A stretch of DNA of 64,000 nt from Actinomycetota bacterium (GCA_052390575.1 JBQTGU010000073.1:9742-73741); one strand, 5' to 3'; shown: positions 9,178 through 17,158, counted from the stretch's first letter. Numbers and translations are program-made. The notes: generated by a model from the sequence alone, not told the origin.

Positions 9178-9525
9178 GTGACCACGACACGAACCGCAAG
9201 CGAGATGATCGTCGAGGAAGTCGGCTCCTGGCCCGGGGTCGAAGTCGACGACGGGGAGCTGGGCGAGCTCGCGTTCAAGTTCGGCCCGCGCGAGCTCGGC
9301 CACCTGCACGGCGACGTCGCCGCCCACTTCAGCTTCCCGAAGTCGGTCTGGGCCGAGCTCGAGAAGCAGGGCCGGATCGGCTACCACCCCGTCTTTCCCA
9401 ACAAGCAGGGCCCGGCGGCGCGCCGGATCGACGAGGAGGCCGACGTCCGCGACGTGATCGAGCTGTTGCGGATCAACTACGACCGCGTCGTCACCCGCCT
9501 CGGGCTGCCGCCCGAAGCGGCGTGA
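9178..9525 (+). CDS. Small luciferase-domain/DUF5519-like protein (tentative family); likely SoxR target
   Basis: GTG start 9178 with AAGAAAGGGA RBS. Motifs GPRELGHLHGD and GYHPVF. Confidence 0.6.
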   Translation: MTTTRTASEMIVEEVGSWPGVEVDDGELGELAFKFGPRELGHLHGDVAAHFSFPKSVWAELEKQGRIGYHPVFPNKQGPAARRIDEEADVRDVIELLRINYDRVVTRLGLPPEAA

Positions 9526-9536
9526 TCTGAGGTCGG

Positions 9537-9899
9537 CTACTTCAGGACGCCGATCAGGTTGCCCTCAGGGTCGCTGAACATGCCGATCGTGAGATCCTCC
9601 ATCACCTTCTCGGGCCCCATCACCCGCTTGCCGCCGAGCTTCTCGGCCTGCGCCAGCGCCGCCTCGACGTCGGGGACTTCCACGTAGAAGGTGGTGTAGC
9701 CGCCCATGCCTTCAGGCACCGCGCTGATCCCGCCGCCGATCCCGACACCGTCGGCGTTCACGTTCTCGGTGCGGTCGACGATCCCGTAGTTCATCGGGTT
9801 GTCGGCGTTGATCTTCCAGTCGAACATGTCGGAGTAGAACGACCACAGCTTGTCGGCGTCCTTACCCGTGACCTCGAAGTGCACGACGGGCTGTCCCAT
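9537..9899 (-). CDS. VOC (glyoxalase/bleomycin resistance) family protein
   Basis: 120 aa. Shows HFEV...FYVEV...DPEGNLIGV, typical of VOC proteins. Confidence 0.85.
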   Translation of the reverse strand: MGQPVVHFEVTGKDADKLWSFYSDMFDWKINADNPMNYGIVDRTENVNADGVGIGGGISAVPEGMGGYTTFYVEVPDVEAALAQAEKLGGKRVMGPEKVMEDLTIGMFSDPEGNLIGVLK

Positions 9900-9985
9900 G
9901 GTGTTGTGTCCTTTCCCTGGGGGGCCGGGCTGAAGCTAGTGAACACGAGATGCCCGTGCGTCTCGACCGCCCGCCGGACCGAAAC

Positions 9986-10282
9986 TCATCGGTCGCCACC
10001 GAAGCCCCGGACGAGGGACGTGAGTGCGCCCCGCCAGACCCGCTCGGCGTTGGCAGGGTCGAGCATGGCGCCCCGCACCTCCATGGAGGCCAAACCCTCT
10101 GTCAGTGCGTGGAACGCCAGCGCACACTCCTGCACGGGCTGGTCGCCGAGGCGGCCCGCCCGGGCGAGTTGGGCAACTCGCGCTTTCATCCGGTCGAAGG
10201 CGGCGTACGCGACTTGGCCGAAGGCGGGCCCGAGCTCGAGGTCGGGGACCACCCGCAGGAAGACGAGCCGATACAGGCCGGT
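9986..10282 (-). pseudogene. TetR-family regulator, C-terminal ligand-domain fragment only
   Basis: GLYRLVF...FHALTEGLASMEVRG...WRGALTSLVRGF resembles a TetR_C (WHG-type) end. No HTH region lies upstream in this frame. Confidence 0.5.
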
Positions 10283-10528
10283 CTGGTCGCCCTCGACGAG
10301 CTCGTGACACACGGGTGGGATGTCGCGCGCGCGTCCGGCCAGGCGTATGACCCCGACCCGCAGTCGCTCGAGGCCGTGCACGGCTTCGTCGCGCAGTTCT
10401 CCGGCCCCGGGCAGGAGGCAGCGCGCGAAGGGCTCTTCGGGCCCGAGGTCGCGGTGCCGGAGGACGCCCCGTTGCTCGAGCGCGTGATCGGGTTCACAGG
10501 GCGTGATCCCGCCTGGTCGTCCCCCTGA
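10271..10528 (+). pseudogene. TIGR03086/DinB-like (mycothiol maleylpyruvate isomerase N-domain family) protein, C-terminal fragment only
   Basis: LDELVTHGWDVARASGQAYDPDP...FGPEVAVPEDAPLLERVIGFTGRDPAW is the characteristic C-terminus. The upstream part of the ORF is the antisense of the TetR fragment. Confidence 0.55.
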
Positions 10529-10536
10529 ACCGCGTT

Positions 10537-11316
10537 TCATGCTCCTTCCGCATCGAGCCACGCCTCGAACGTCGGTCCGGCGAGGGTGGCATCGGGGCCG
10601 GGCAGTAGCGCATCCGACTCGTACAGGTCTCCGTTGTCCGGGTCGCTCACTTCCTCGATCCGCACCGGGTCCTTCCGCCGGGCGACCAGGAGCGTCGCCA
10701 TGTCGACCAGGCTCTCCTCCCGCGGCCCGGCGATCTCCGGGAACGATGCCTCGGTGGATTTCGGCGCAGGCGCCGGCGTGCGGTGGGTGGCCATCTCGGC
10801 GAGCGCGTGGGCGACCGTTCGGGCGGCGACGAGCTGGGTGCGCATCGTGGGCACGTAGCTCACCCCGTCCTGTTGTCCCCACTCCACCAACTGCGCGACG
10901 AACTCGTGGAACTGCGCGGCGCGCAGGACCCGGGCCGGGATCGGGCCGGCCAGATGGGCCTTCTCGTGGGCGACCTTCGCCGCGCCGTAGCCCCCGGTGA
11001 ACCGGTCGCACCCGATGATGGACACCACCACCATCCGCCGCACCCCGGCCCGCTCACCGGCCTCGTGCAGGTTCCGGGCCGCGGTGGCGAAGAACTCGGT
11101 GGCCGCCACCTGGTCGGGCGACGACCCGGTCGCCACGTCGATGACGCTCTCCACGCCGGCCAGCGCCTCCGGGAGACCGGCGCCGGTGACCACGTCCACG
11201 CCCTGGGAACGCGAGATCGCGACGACGTCGTGTCCGTCGGCTTCGAGGACGTCGACCACATGGTGGCCGACCCTCCCGGTCGCCCCCGCGACCGCAATTC
11301 TCATCGGTGCCGGCAT
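10537..11316 (-). CDS. NAD(P)H-binding NmrA/atypical-SDR family protein
   Basis: 259 aa with MRIAVAGATGRVG Rossmann motif. GAGGAGGAA RBS. Confidence 0.85.
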   Translation of the reverse strand: MPAPMRIAVAGATGRVGHHVVDVLEADGHDVVAISRSQGVDVVTGAGLPEALAGVESVIDVATGSSPDQVAATEFFATAARNLHEAGERAGVRRMVVVSIIGCDRFTGGYGAAKVAHEKAHLAGPIPARVLRAAQFHEFVAQLVEWGQQDGVSYVPTMRTQLVAARTVAHALAEMATHRTPAPAPKSTEASFPEIAGPREESLVDMATLLVARRKDPVRIEEVSDPDNGDLYESDALLPGPDATLAGPTFEAWLDAEGA

Positions 11317-11361
11317 GGTTCCTCCTCGTCACATCGGTTGGGTTTCGTTCGTCACTGCTAT

Positions 11362-11388
11362 GACGGGACCCGACAAAGGAATGTGACA
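11362..11388 (-). promoter_or_regulatory. ECF41-type promoter TGTCACA-N16-CGTC
   Basis: Minus strand reads TGTCACA (11388-11382), then 16 nt, then CGTC (11365-11362), about 45 nt upstream of ATG 11316. Overlaps the sigma gene start. Confidence 0.65.
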
Positions 11389-12273
11389 GTGGACGAACAC
11401 GACTTCCTGGCGGAGCGCTTCGAGGACAACCGCGCCCACCTGCGCGCCGTGACCTACCGAATGCTGGGCTCGCTCAGCGAGGCGGAGGACGCCGTGCAGG
11501 AGACCTGGTTACGCCTCAGTCGCTCCGACGCCGGCGACATCGAGAACCTGAGCGGCTGGCTCACCACGGTCGCCGCCCGCGTCTGCCTCGACATGCTGCG
11601 GTCGCGCAAGTCGCGACGCGAGGATTCCCTCGAGGTGCACGTTCCCGATCCGATCGTCAGTCCCGCGGATGGAGTCGATCCGAGTCAGGAGGCTCTGCTC
11701 GCCGACTCCGTCGGCCTGGCGTTGTCGGTGGTGCTCGAGACCCTGACTCCCGCCGAGCGGCTCGCGTTCGTGCTGCACGACATGTTCGGCGTGCCCTTCG
11801 ACGAGATCGCTCCGATCGTGGACCGTTCTCCCACCGCAGCCCGGCAGCTCGCCAGCCGGGCCCGGCGCCGCGTGCAGGGAGAGGCCAGGGTTCCCGACAC
11901 GGATCTGAGCGGCCAGCGAGAGGTGGTCGACGCCTTCTTCGCCGCCGCCCGCGACGGCGACTTCGACGCCCTGGTCGCGGTGCTCGATCCCGACGTCGTG
12001 ATTCGATCCGATGGCGGGGTCCTGCGCCCGGCCGCCACCAGGGTCGTCCGCGGGGCGCGGGAAGTCGCGGCGCAGGCGCTCACGTTCTCCCGGCTCTCCC
12101 CGTTCGTCCGACCGGCGCTCGTCAACGGCGCCGCCGGAGTCGTCGTCGCCCCCGGCGGACGCCCGTTCTCGGTCATGGGCTTCACGGTCCGGGGCGGGAA
12201 GATCGTCGAAATCGACGCGATCGCCGATCCCGAGCGGCTCGCCCGGCTCGACCTGGCGGTCCTCGACCACTGA
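11389..12273 (+). CDS. ECF41 (SigJ-like) sigma factor with SnoaL-like C-terminal extension
   Basis: GTG start 11389 after AAAGGAA. Region 2 (VQETWLRL), region 4 (LTPAERLAFVLHDMFGVPFDEIA) and a ~100-aa C-terminal extension. Confidence 0.85.
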   Translation: MDEHDFLAERFEDNRAHLRAVTYRMLGSLSEAEDAVQETWLRLSRSDAGDIENLSGWLTTVAARVCLDMLRSRKSRREDSLEVHVPDPIVSPADGVDPSQEALLADSVGLALSVVLETLTPAERLAFVLHDMFGVPFDEIAPIVDRSPTAARQLASRARRRVQGEARVPDTDLSGQREVVDAFFAAARDGDFDALVAVLDPDVVIRSDGGVLRPAATRVVRGAREVAAQALTFSRLSPFVRPALVNGAAGVVVAPGGRPFSVMGFTVRGGKIVEIDAIADPERLARLDLAVLDH

Positions 12274-12348
12274 CGACCCGTCGTTACCGCGCCGTCGAGT
12301 ATCGGTAGCCGTGGCGCGACGTTCCGCATCGCCCTAGCGTCGCCGCGC

Positions 12349-13722
12349 ATGGCGCGGCAGGCAGCCTTCTTCGACCTCGACCGCACGCTCCTGCGGGGGT
12401 CGAGCGGCCCGTTCCTCTCGGCCGAGCTGCGGGCGGCGGGGCTGCTCGGCGACCGCTCGGTGCCGGGGTTGGGGCTCCTGAACCGCATCTACGACGTGTT
12501 CGGCGAGAGCCGCCCGATCATGGCGCTCACGCGCCGGGCGGCGCGCCAGGCGAACGGCTGGAGCGTCGAGCGCGTGCGGCAGGCGGGGGCCAAGGCGGCG
12601 CAGGCCCTCGCCGACCGGATCCAGCCGTTCGCCGCGCCGCTGTTCCGACAGCACCGCGAGGCCGGCCGGCTGGTCGTCCTCGCGACCACCACGCCCTACG
12701 ACCTGGTCAAGCCCCTGGCCGACGCGCTCGGGCTCGACGACGTGGTCGCGACGCGGTACACGGTGCGGGACGGCACCTACGACGGCTCGGTCGCCGGTGA
12801 GTTCGTGTGGGGCCCGGCCAAGCGCGACGCGGTCGAGAAATGGGCCGACGCCCACGACATCGCCCTCGCCGACAGCTGGGCGTACTCCGACAGCTACTTC
12901 GACGCGCCGCTGCTGTCAGCCGTCGGGCATCCCTTCGCGGTGAACCCCGACCCGAGGCTGCAGCTCCTTGCGCTGCTGCGGCGCTGGCCGGTCATCCACC
13001 TCGACGCGCCTCCGGGCGTGCCCAAGCTGCTCGGCGTCGAGCCCCAGCAGATCCTCCACCAGCTGTTCCGGCCCGAGCTCATCCGCTACGCCCGCTTCGA
13101 CATCGCCGGCGTCGAGCACATCCCCAAATCGGGGCCGGCGATCCTCGTCGCCAACCACCGCAGCTACTTCGACGTGATCGCCCTGGGCATCGCGATCGCC
13201 CGGCGGGGCCGGCCGGTCCGGATGCTCGGCAAGAAAGAGGTGTTCGACGCGCCCGTCCTCGGCCCGCTCGCTCGCGCCCTGGGCGGGATCCCGGTCGACC
13301 GGGGGACAGGCTCGGACGAGCCGCTCCGTGAAGCGGCCCGGGCCCTGGAAGGCGGTGAGATCGTTGCCATCCTTCCCCAAGGCACGATTCCCCGCGGGAA
13401 GGCCTTCTTCGAGCCCGAGCTCCACGGCCGCTGGGGCGCGAGCAAGCTCGCGGCGATGACGAAGGCGCCGGTGGTTCCCGGCGGGTTGTGGGGCACCGAG
13501 CTCGTCTGGCCGCGTAACTCGCGGGTGCCCCGGGTGTGGAACGTGACCGGCCGCCCGCTGGTCAGGATCCGGGTCGGCGCCCCGGTGCCGCTCGAGTACG
13601 AGAGCGCGGACGCCGACACCGCGCGGATGATGCGGGCGATCGTCGACCTCCTTCCGCCCGAGGGGCGGGTGCGGCGCGAGCCGACACCGGAGGAGCTGGC
13701 GCGCACGCTGCCACCGGATTAG
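12349..13722 (+). CDS. HAD-IB hydrolase fused to lysophospholipid (PlsC-type) acyltransferase
   Basis: N-terminal FFDLDRTL HAD motif I. C-terminal NHRSYFD (HX4D) and a PQGTIPRG block. Confidence 0.8.
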   Translation: MARQAAFFDLDRTLLRGSSGPFLSAELRAAGLLGDRSVPGLGLLNRIYDVFGESRPIMALTRRAARQANGWSVERVRQAGAKAAQALADRIQPFAAPLFRQHREAGRLVVLATTTPYDLVKPLADALGLDDVVATRYTVRDGTYDGSVAGEFVWGPAKRDAVEKWADAHDIALADSWAYSDSYFDAPLLSAVGHPFAVNPDPRLQLLALLRRWPVIHLDAPPGVPKLLGVEPQQILHQLFRPELIRYARFDIAGVEHIPKSGPAILVANHRSYFDVIALGIAIARRGRPVRMLGKKEVFDAPVLGPLARALGGIPVDRGTGSDEPLREAARALEGGEIVAILPQGTIPRGKAFFEPELHGRWGASKLAAMTKAPVVPGGLWGTELVWPRNSRVPRVWNVTGRPLVRIRVGAPVPLEYESADADTARMMRAIVDLLPPEGRVRREPTPEELARTLPPD

Positions 13723-13725
13723 GTG

Positions 13726-14226
13726 TCAGACCACGCCGAAGCTCTGCGTTGCCCAGAGACGCCCGCCGGCGCAGACCACGCCGACCGCAATGACGTTGTA
13801 GCTGCCGAGGATGTTGGCGCGGTGACCGGGTGAGTTCATCCACGCCTGCTCCATCTGGGCCGCGGTCATGCTGCAGCTGCCTTCCAGGATGTTCTCCCCG
13901 AGCCGGTGGAACTCGCTGAACTCCGGGCTCCCGAGGGTGGCGTTGATGTCGCTGTGCTCGAGCCTCCCGGTCGACGCCATGTGCTCGCTCCACCCTTGGG
14001 CAAGGCCGCCGAGCTTGGGGTGCCACGTCAAGGCGGGGAGCCCCTGGGTGCCGCGGTCGGCGTTGACGAGGTCGTAGATCTCCCGACTCAGGCCCGACGG
14101 AGGGAGGGGGACCTCTCGGGCGCTGCTCGTCGCGCGGCCGCCGCCGAAGCACCCGGCGGTGAGGGTGGCGACGACGAGGGCCGCGGCCAGCAGCCTCGCC
14201 CGGCGGGTACCCAATGACTTCAGCAT
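13726..14226 (-). CDS. CAP/SCP (YkwD-like) domain lipoprotein
   Basis: Signal peptide with lipobox LTAGC. MNSPGHRANIL CAP motif. Confidence 0.8.
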   Translation of the reverse strand: MLKSLGTRRARLLAAALVVATLTAGCFGGGRATSSAREVPLPPSGLSREIYDLVNADRGTQGLPALTWHPKLGGLAQGWSEHMASTGRLEHSDINATLGSPEFSEFHRLGENILEGSCSMTAAQMEQAWMNSPGHRANILGSYNVIAVGVVCAGGRLWATQSFGVV

Positions 14227-14263
14227 CGATGCCTCCGAGTCCGCCGATCCGTTTCTGAAGGTG

Positions 14264-14565
14264 TCAGCCGGCCGTGTAGCTGATGTCGAGGGTGGTGGCG
14301 GCGGTGCCGCCGAGGCCGCCGGGTGATCCGTTGGCGAATGAGCTCACCGTGATGTCCCAGCTCGTCCCACCGGTGCCGCCCTCGGCGCCTGCCGCCGCGA
14401 TGGCGACCCGGGTGACGCCGGCGGGCACGACGAAGCTCTGGGGCCCGCCCGTGTATTCGAACGCCACCACCGACCCGGTGGCGGGCGCCTTGAGCGGGTG
14501 CAGGCGGCGACGAGCAGGCCGGCGGCCGCGAGCGCGACGAGCAGGAGAGTGAAGGTTCGTCCCAT
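14264..14565 (-). pseudogene. Small glycine-rich lipoprotein, frameshifted after the lipobox
   Basis: MGRTFTLLLVALAAAGLLVAAC is in one frame. APATGSVVAFEYTGGPQSFVVPAGVTRVAIAAAGAEGGTGG... is in another. The frame switch sits at a short C/G run at 14492-14500. Confidence 0.55.
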
Positions 14566-14994
14566 ATGGGCTGTTTGTCGGAAGAGCGGGGCGCCGGCTT
14601 GAGCCCGAATCCCACTGAGAGTGTTGTGCTGGCTACGCGAAGTGGTACATTTCGGCGATGCAAACCCGGGCACAAGCCCCCGTCAACTACCTCGGGCTGG
14701 CCGAGGTCGTCCCCGACCGGCTTCAGGTCGAGGTCGAGATCGACGACCTCGACGCCGAGCACTGGAGAGGCGAGCTGCACGCGGTCGCCCGACGAGCCCA
14801 GATCCGACGAGCTCGAATCGTCGAGATCCGGCTGCTCGACGGCGGCCGAGAGGGCGAACGGGCGACGTGCGTCGTCGTCGAGGACGACGGATGGCCCGCC
14901 GTCCTCGGCCAGACGCCGTTCCACCCGTAGGCCGGGCGCGCCCCGCGTACGCTGAGCGCTCCACATCTTTCGCGCGCGGGCGAGGACGGTCGCG

Positions 14995-15465
14995 ATGCTG
15001 CTCAACGGCTTCAACCACGTGGCGATCCTGACGAACGACACCGATCGGTTGCACGCGTTCTACGAGGAGGTGTTCGACGCCACCGTTCGCAACCTCGCGG
15101 TGGGCCCCGAGGGCCCCGGGGTGCGGCTCTCGTTCATCGACATCGGACCGTTCTCCGAGCTCAACGTGTTCCAGATCGAGGACAACACCGAGGCTGACCG
15201 CCAGACGCCGATGTTCGAGCGAGGGCGGGTCGACCACCTCGCCCTGCAGGCCGGATCGTTGGAGGCGTTCGAGACGATTCGAGACCGGATGATCGCCCGG
15301 GGCGCCAGCGACGGGTTCGTGACCGACTTCGGTTCGATCCTCAGCCTGTTCTTCCGGGATCCCGACGGGCTCGAGTGCGAGGTGTGCGTCGCCAACCCGG
15401 ATGCGAAGCCGGGGGTCAGCAACCCTCCGGGGACGCCGGCGGCGCGGTATCAGCCCGAGGGGTGA
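14995..15465 (+). CDS. VOC/glyoxalase family protein
   Basis: 156 aa. NHVAILT...VDHLALQ...FRDPDGLECEV. Confidence 0.85.
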   Translation: MLLNGFNHVAILTNDTDRLHAFYEEVFDATVRNLAVGPEGPGVRLSFIDIGPFSELNVFQIEDNTEADRQTPMFERGRVDHLALQAGSLEAFETIRDRMIARGASDGFVTDFGSILSLFFRDPDGLECEVCVANPDAKPGVSNPPGTPAARYQPEG

Positions 15466-15716
15466 TTAGTCGGCGAACACGTCCCGGCTGAGCTGGATGA
15501 AGAACGTGTGGTCGTGGTTCTTGTTGGGATCGGTGGAGTTGTACGGCTTCGCCGGGGTCCCGTCGGGGACGATCTCCTCGGAGTAGATCGCTCCTACGAG
15601 AACAGCATGTTCTTGGTGGGATCGAACTCGTAGATGCACTGCACGGGACAGACGTCGACGCACGCACGATCTTTCACGTCGATGCACGCTTCGGTGATGA
15701 TCGCGAGACCGGACAC
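15466..15716 (-). pseudogene. Ferredoxin (FdxA-like) with internal deletion/frameshift removing the CxxCxxCxxxCP cluster
   Basis: The GTG 15716 frame gives VSGLAIITEACIDVKDRACVDVCPVQCIYEFDPTKNMLFS then TAG (15596-15594). The C-terminal VGAIYSEEIVPDG...FAD continues in another frame to 15466. Confidence 0.55.
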
Positions 15717-15730
15717 GAGCGAGCTCCTCG

Positions 15731-15973
15731 CTATTGGCGATAGCCCTCGACCGTATCGGCGTCTCGCACCGCGGCTTCACCCGCGTCCTGGCCGGCGTCG
15801 CGCCGGGCGCGGCGCTGACGCAGCAGGTCCCAGCACTGATCGAGGGCGACTTCGACCTCGCGCAGCCGTTCGTGCTCAGCGTCACTGAGGCCGCCCGCGC
15901 CGTGCGACTGCTGGAGTCGATGCTCTTCCTCGACCAGCTGGTTGATGTTGCCGAGCACGTCCTCGTCGCCCAT
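15731..15973 (-). CDS. DUF2630 family protein
   Basis: 80 aa. MGDEDVLGNINQLVEEEHRL...LDQCWDLLRQRRA matches DUF2630 as I recall it. Confidence 0.75.
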   Translation of the reverse strand: MGDEDVLGNINQLVEEEHRLQQSHGAGGLSDAEHERLREVEVALDQCWDLLRQRRARRDAGQDAGEAAVRDADTVEGYRQ

Positions 15974-16155
15974 GGCGTTGTCCTCCGCGTCGTGCGTGCA
16001 TGATGCCCGCTCGTGACGGAGCGCACACCCGCGCCTCTTGCCCTCAAGCCAGATTGAGGTCTTACCCTCGCCCCCGGACGCGCCCGACGACCGATGAATT
16101 TTGGGCTCGGGCCAGGTCTCACCCGTCGAGAGCCACATCGACAGGAGGAACCGCA

Positions 16156-16599
16156 ATGACCTCGACCACCGGCGAACCCCGGGCCGGCAGCTCGTCTCGG
16201 CCCACCACGACATCCAGCCCGGTCTGGCGGGTTGGCGCGGTGGCCAGCGTCGCCGCCACCGTGGCGACAGTTGTGTTCGCGCTGTGCGCCAAGGCGATCG
16301 ACATCCCGTTGGAGATCGACGGCGAGCAGATCCCCGTCTCCGGCTTCGCGATGGTGACGCTGTTCTGGTCGGTCGTCGGCACCGGCTTGGCCATGGCCCT
16401 CGCCCGGTGGGCCAAGCGCCCCGCCCGGACGTTCGTCGTGACTACCGTCGTGCTCACGCTGGTCTCGTTCGTGCCGGTCGCGACCGCCGACGCCACCACC
16501 GCGACCCAGGTCGCCCTGGCGCTGTCGCACGTGCTGGCGGCGGGAATCGTGATCCCGACGCTCGCGCTCCGACTCCCCAACGAGAGAGAGCGAAGCTAA
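16156..16599 (+). CDS. Four-TM membrane protein, DUF6069-like
   Basis: ATG 16156 after AGGAGGAA. Four hydrophobic segments. Confidence 0.6.
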   Translation: MTSTTGEPRAGSSSRPTTTSSPVWRVGAVASVAATVATVVFALCAKAIDIPLEIDGEQIPVSGFAMVTLFWSVVGTGLAMALARWAKRPARTFVVTTVVLTLVSFVPVATADATTATQVALALSHVLAAGIVIPTLALRLPNERERS

Positions 16600-16688
16600 G
16601 GACCACGGCGCGCCCGCCGACGTGGTCGCACCGGTGGTCGCCGCCTTCCTCACCACCACGTCACGGGAGACGTGAGGAGGTACGCAAC

Positions 16689-17081
16689 GTGAGCGACGAC
16701 GAGAGGGCAGTACGTACCCTCATTACGGAGTGGGCCCACGCGGTGCATTCCGGTGATCTGGACGGCGTCCTTGCCGCACACTCCGACGACATCGTCATGT
16801 TCGACGTCCCGCCACCGGCAGCGGGAGTCCGAGGTATCGCCGCCTACCGCGAGACCTGGCCGCCCTTCTTCGAATGGCAGGCGGCAGGCGCGAGCTTCGA
16901 GATCGTGTCCTTGGAGGTCACAACCGGCGATGACGTCGCATTTGCTCACGCGTTGTTGCGCTGCGGGACTGACGAGGAGCTCCGAAAGGACCCCGAGAAC
17001 CGCCTGCGACTCACGGTGGGCCTTCGCAAGCAGAACGGCCGCTGGGTGGTCACCCACGAGCACCATTCGTTCCCGGCGTAG
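16689..17081 (+). CDS. SnoaL-like/DUF4440 (NTF2 fold) protein
   Basis: GTG 16689 after GAGGAGG. WAHAVHSGDLDGVLA...RWVVTHEHHS. Confidence 0.8.
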   Translation: MSDDERAVRTLITEWAHAVHSGDLDGVLAAHSDDIVMFDVPPPAAGVRGIAAYRETWPPFFEWQAAGASFEIVSLEVTTGDDVAFAHALLRCGTDEELRKDPENRLRLTVGLRKQNGRWVVTHEHHSFPA

Positions 17082-17120
17082 TTCTCGTCCCTTGCAGGGA
17101 ACGACTGGCGGCGGGCGCAT

Positions 17121-17150
17121 GACCCTACCTACCGACTGGCAGGTAGGGTC
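17121..17150. promoter_or_regulatory. Perfect 10-bp inverted repeat just upstream of the desaturase RBS
   Basis: GACCCTACCT-N10-AGGTAGGGTC ends 8 nt before ATG 17159. Could be an operator or an RBS-proximal hairpin. Confidence 0.35.
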
Positions 17151-17158
17151 AGAGGGAT

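Noticed and set aside
7266-9278. A 670-aa ORF as a multidomain LigD.
   Set aside because: Only the C-terminal 334 aa match the polymerase domain. The upstream part runs antisense through soxR and its promoter and has no ligase or nuclease motifs.
15466-16659. A 397-aa minus-strand ORF.
   Set aside because: It is composite. Only the last ~43 aa (ferredoxin C-terminus) look real. The remainder overlaps the DUF2630 gene in another frame and the DUF6069-like gene on the opposite strand.
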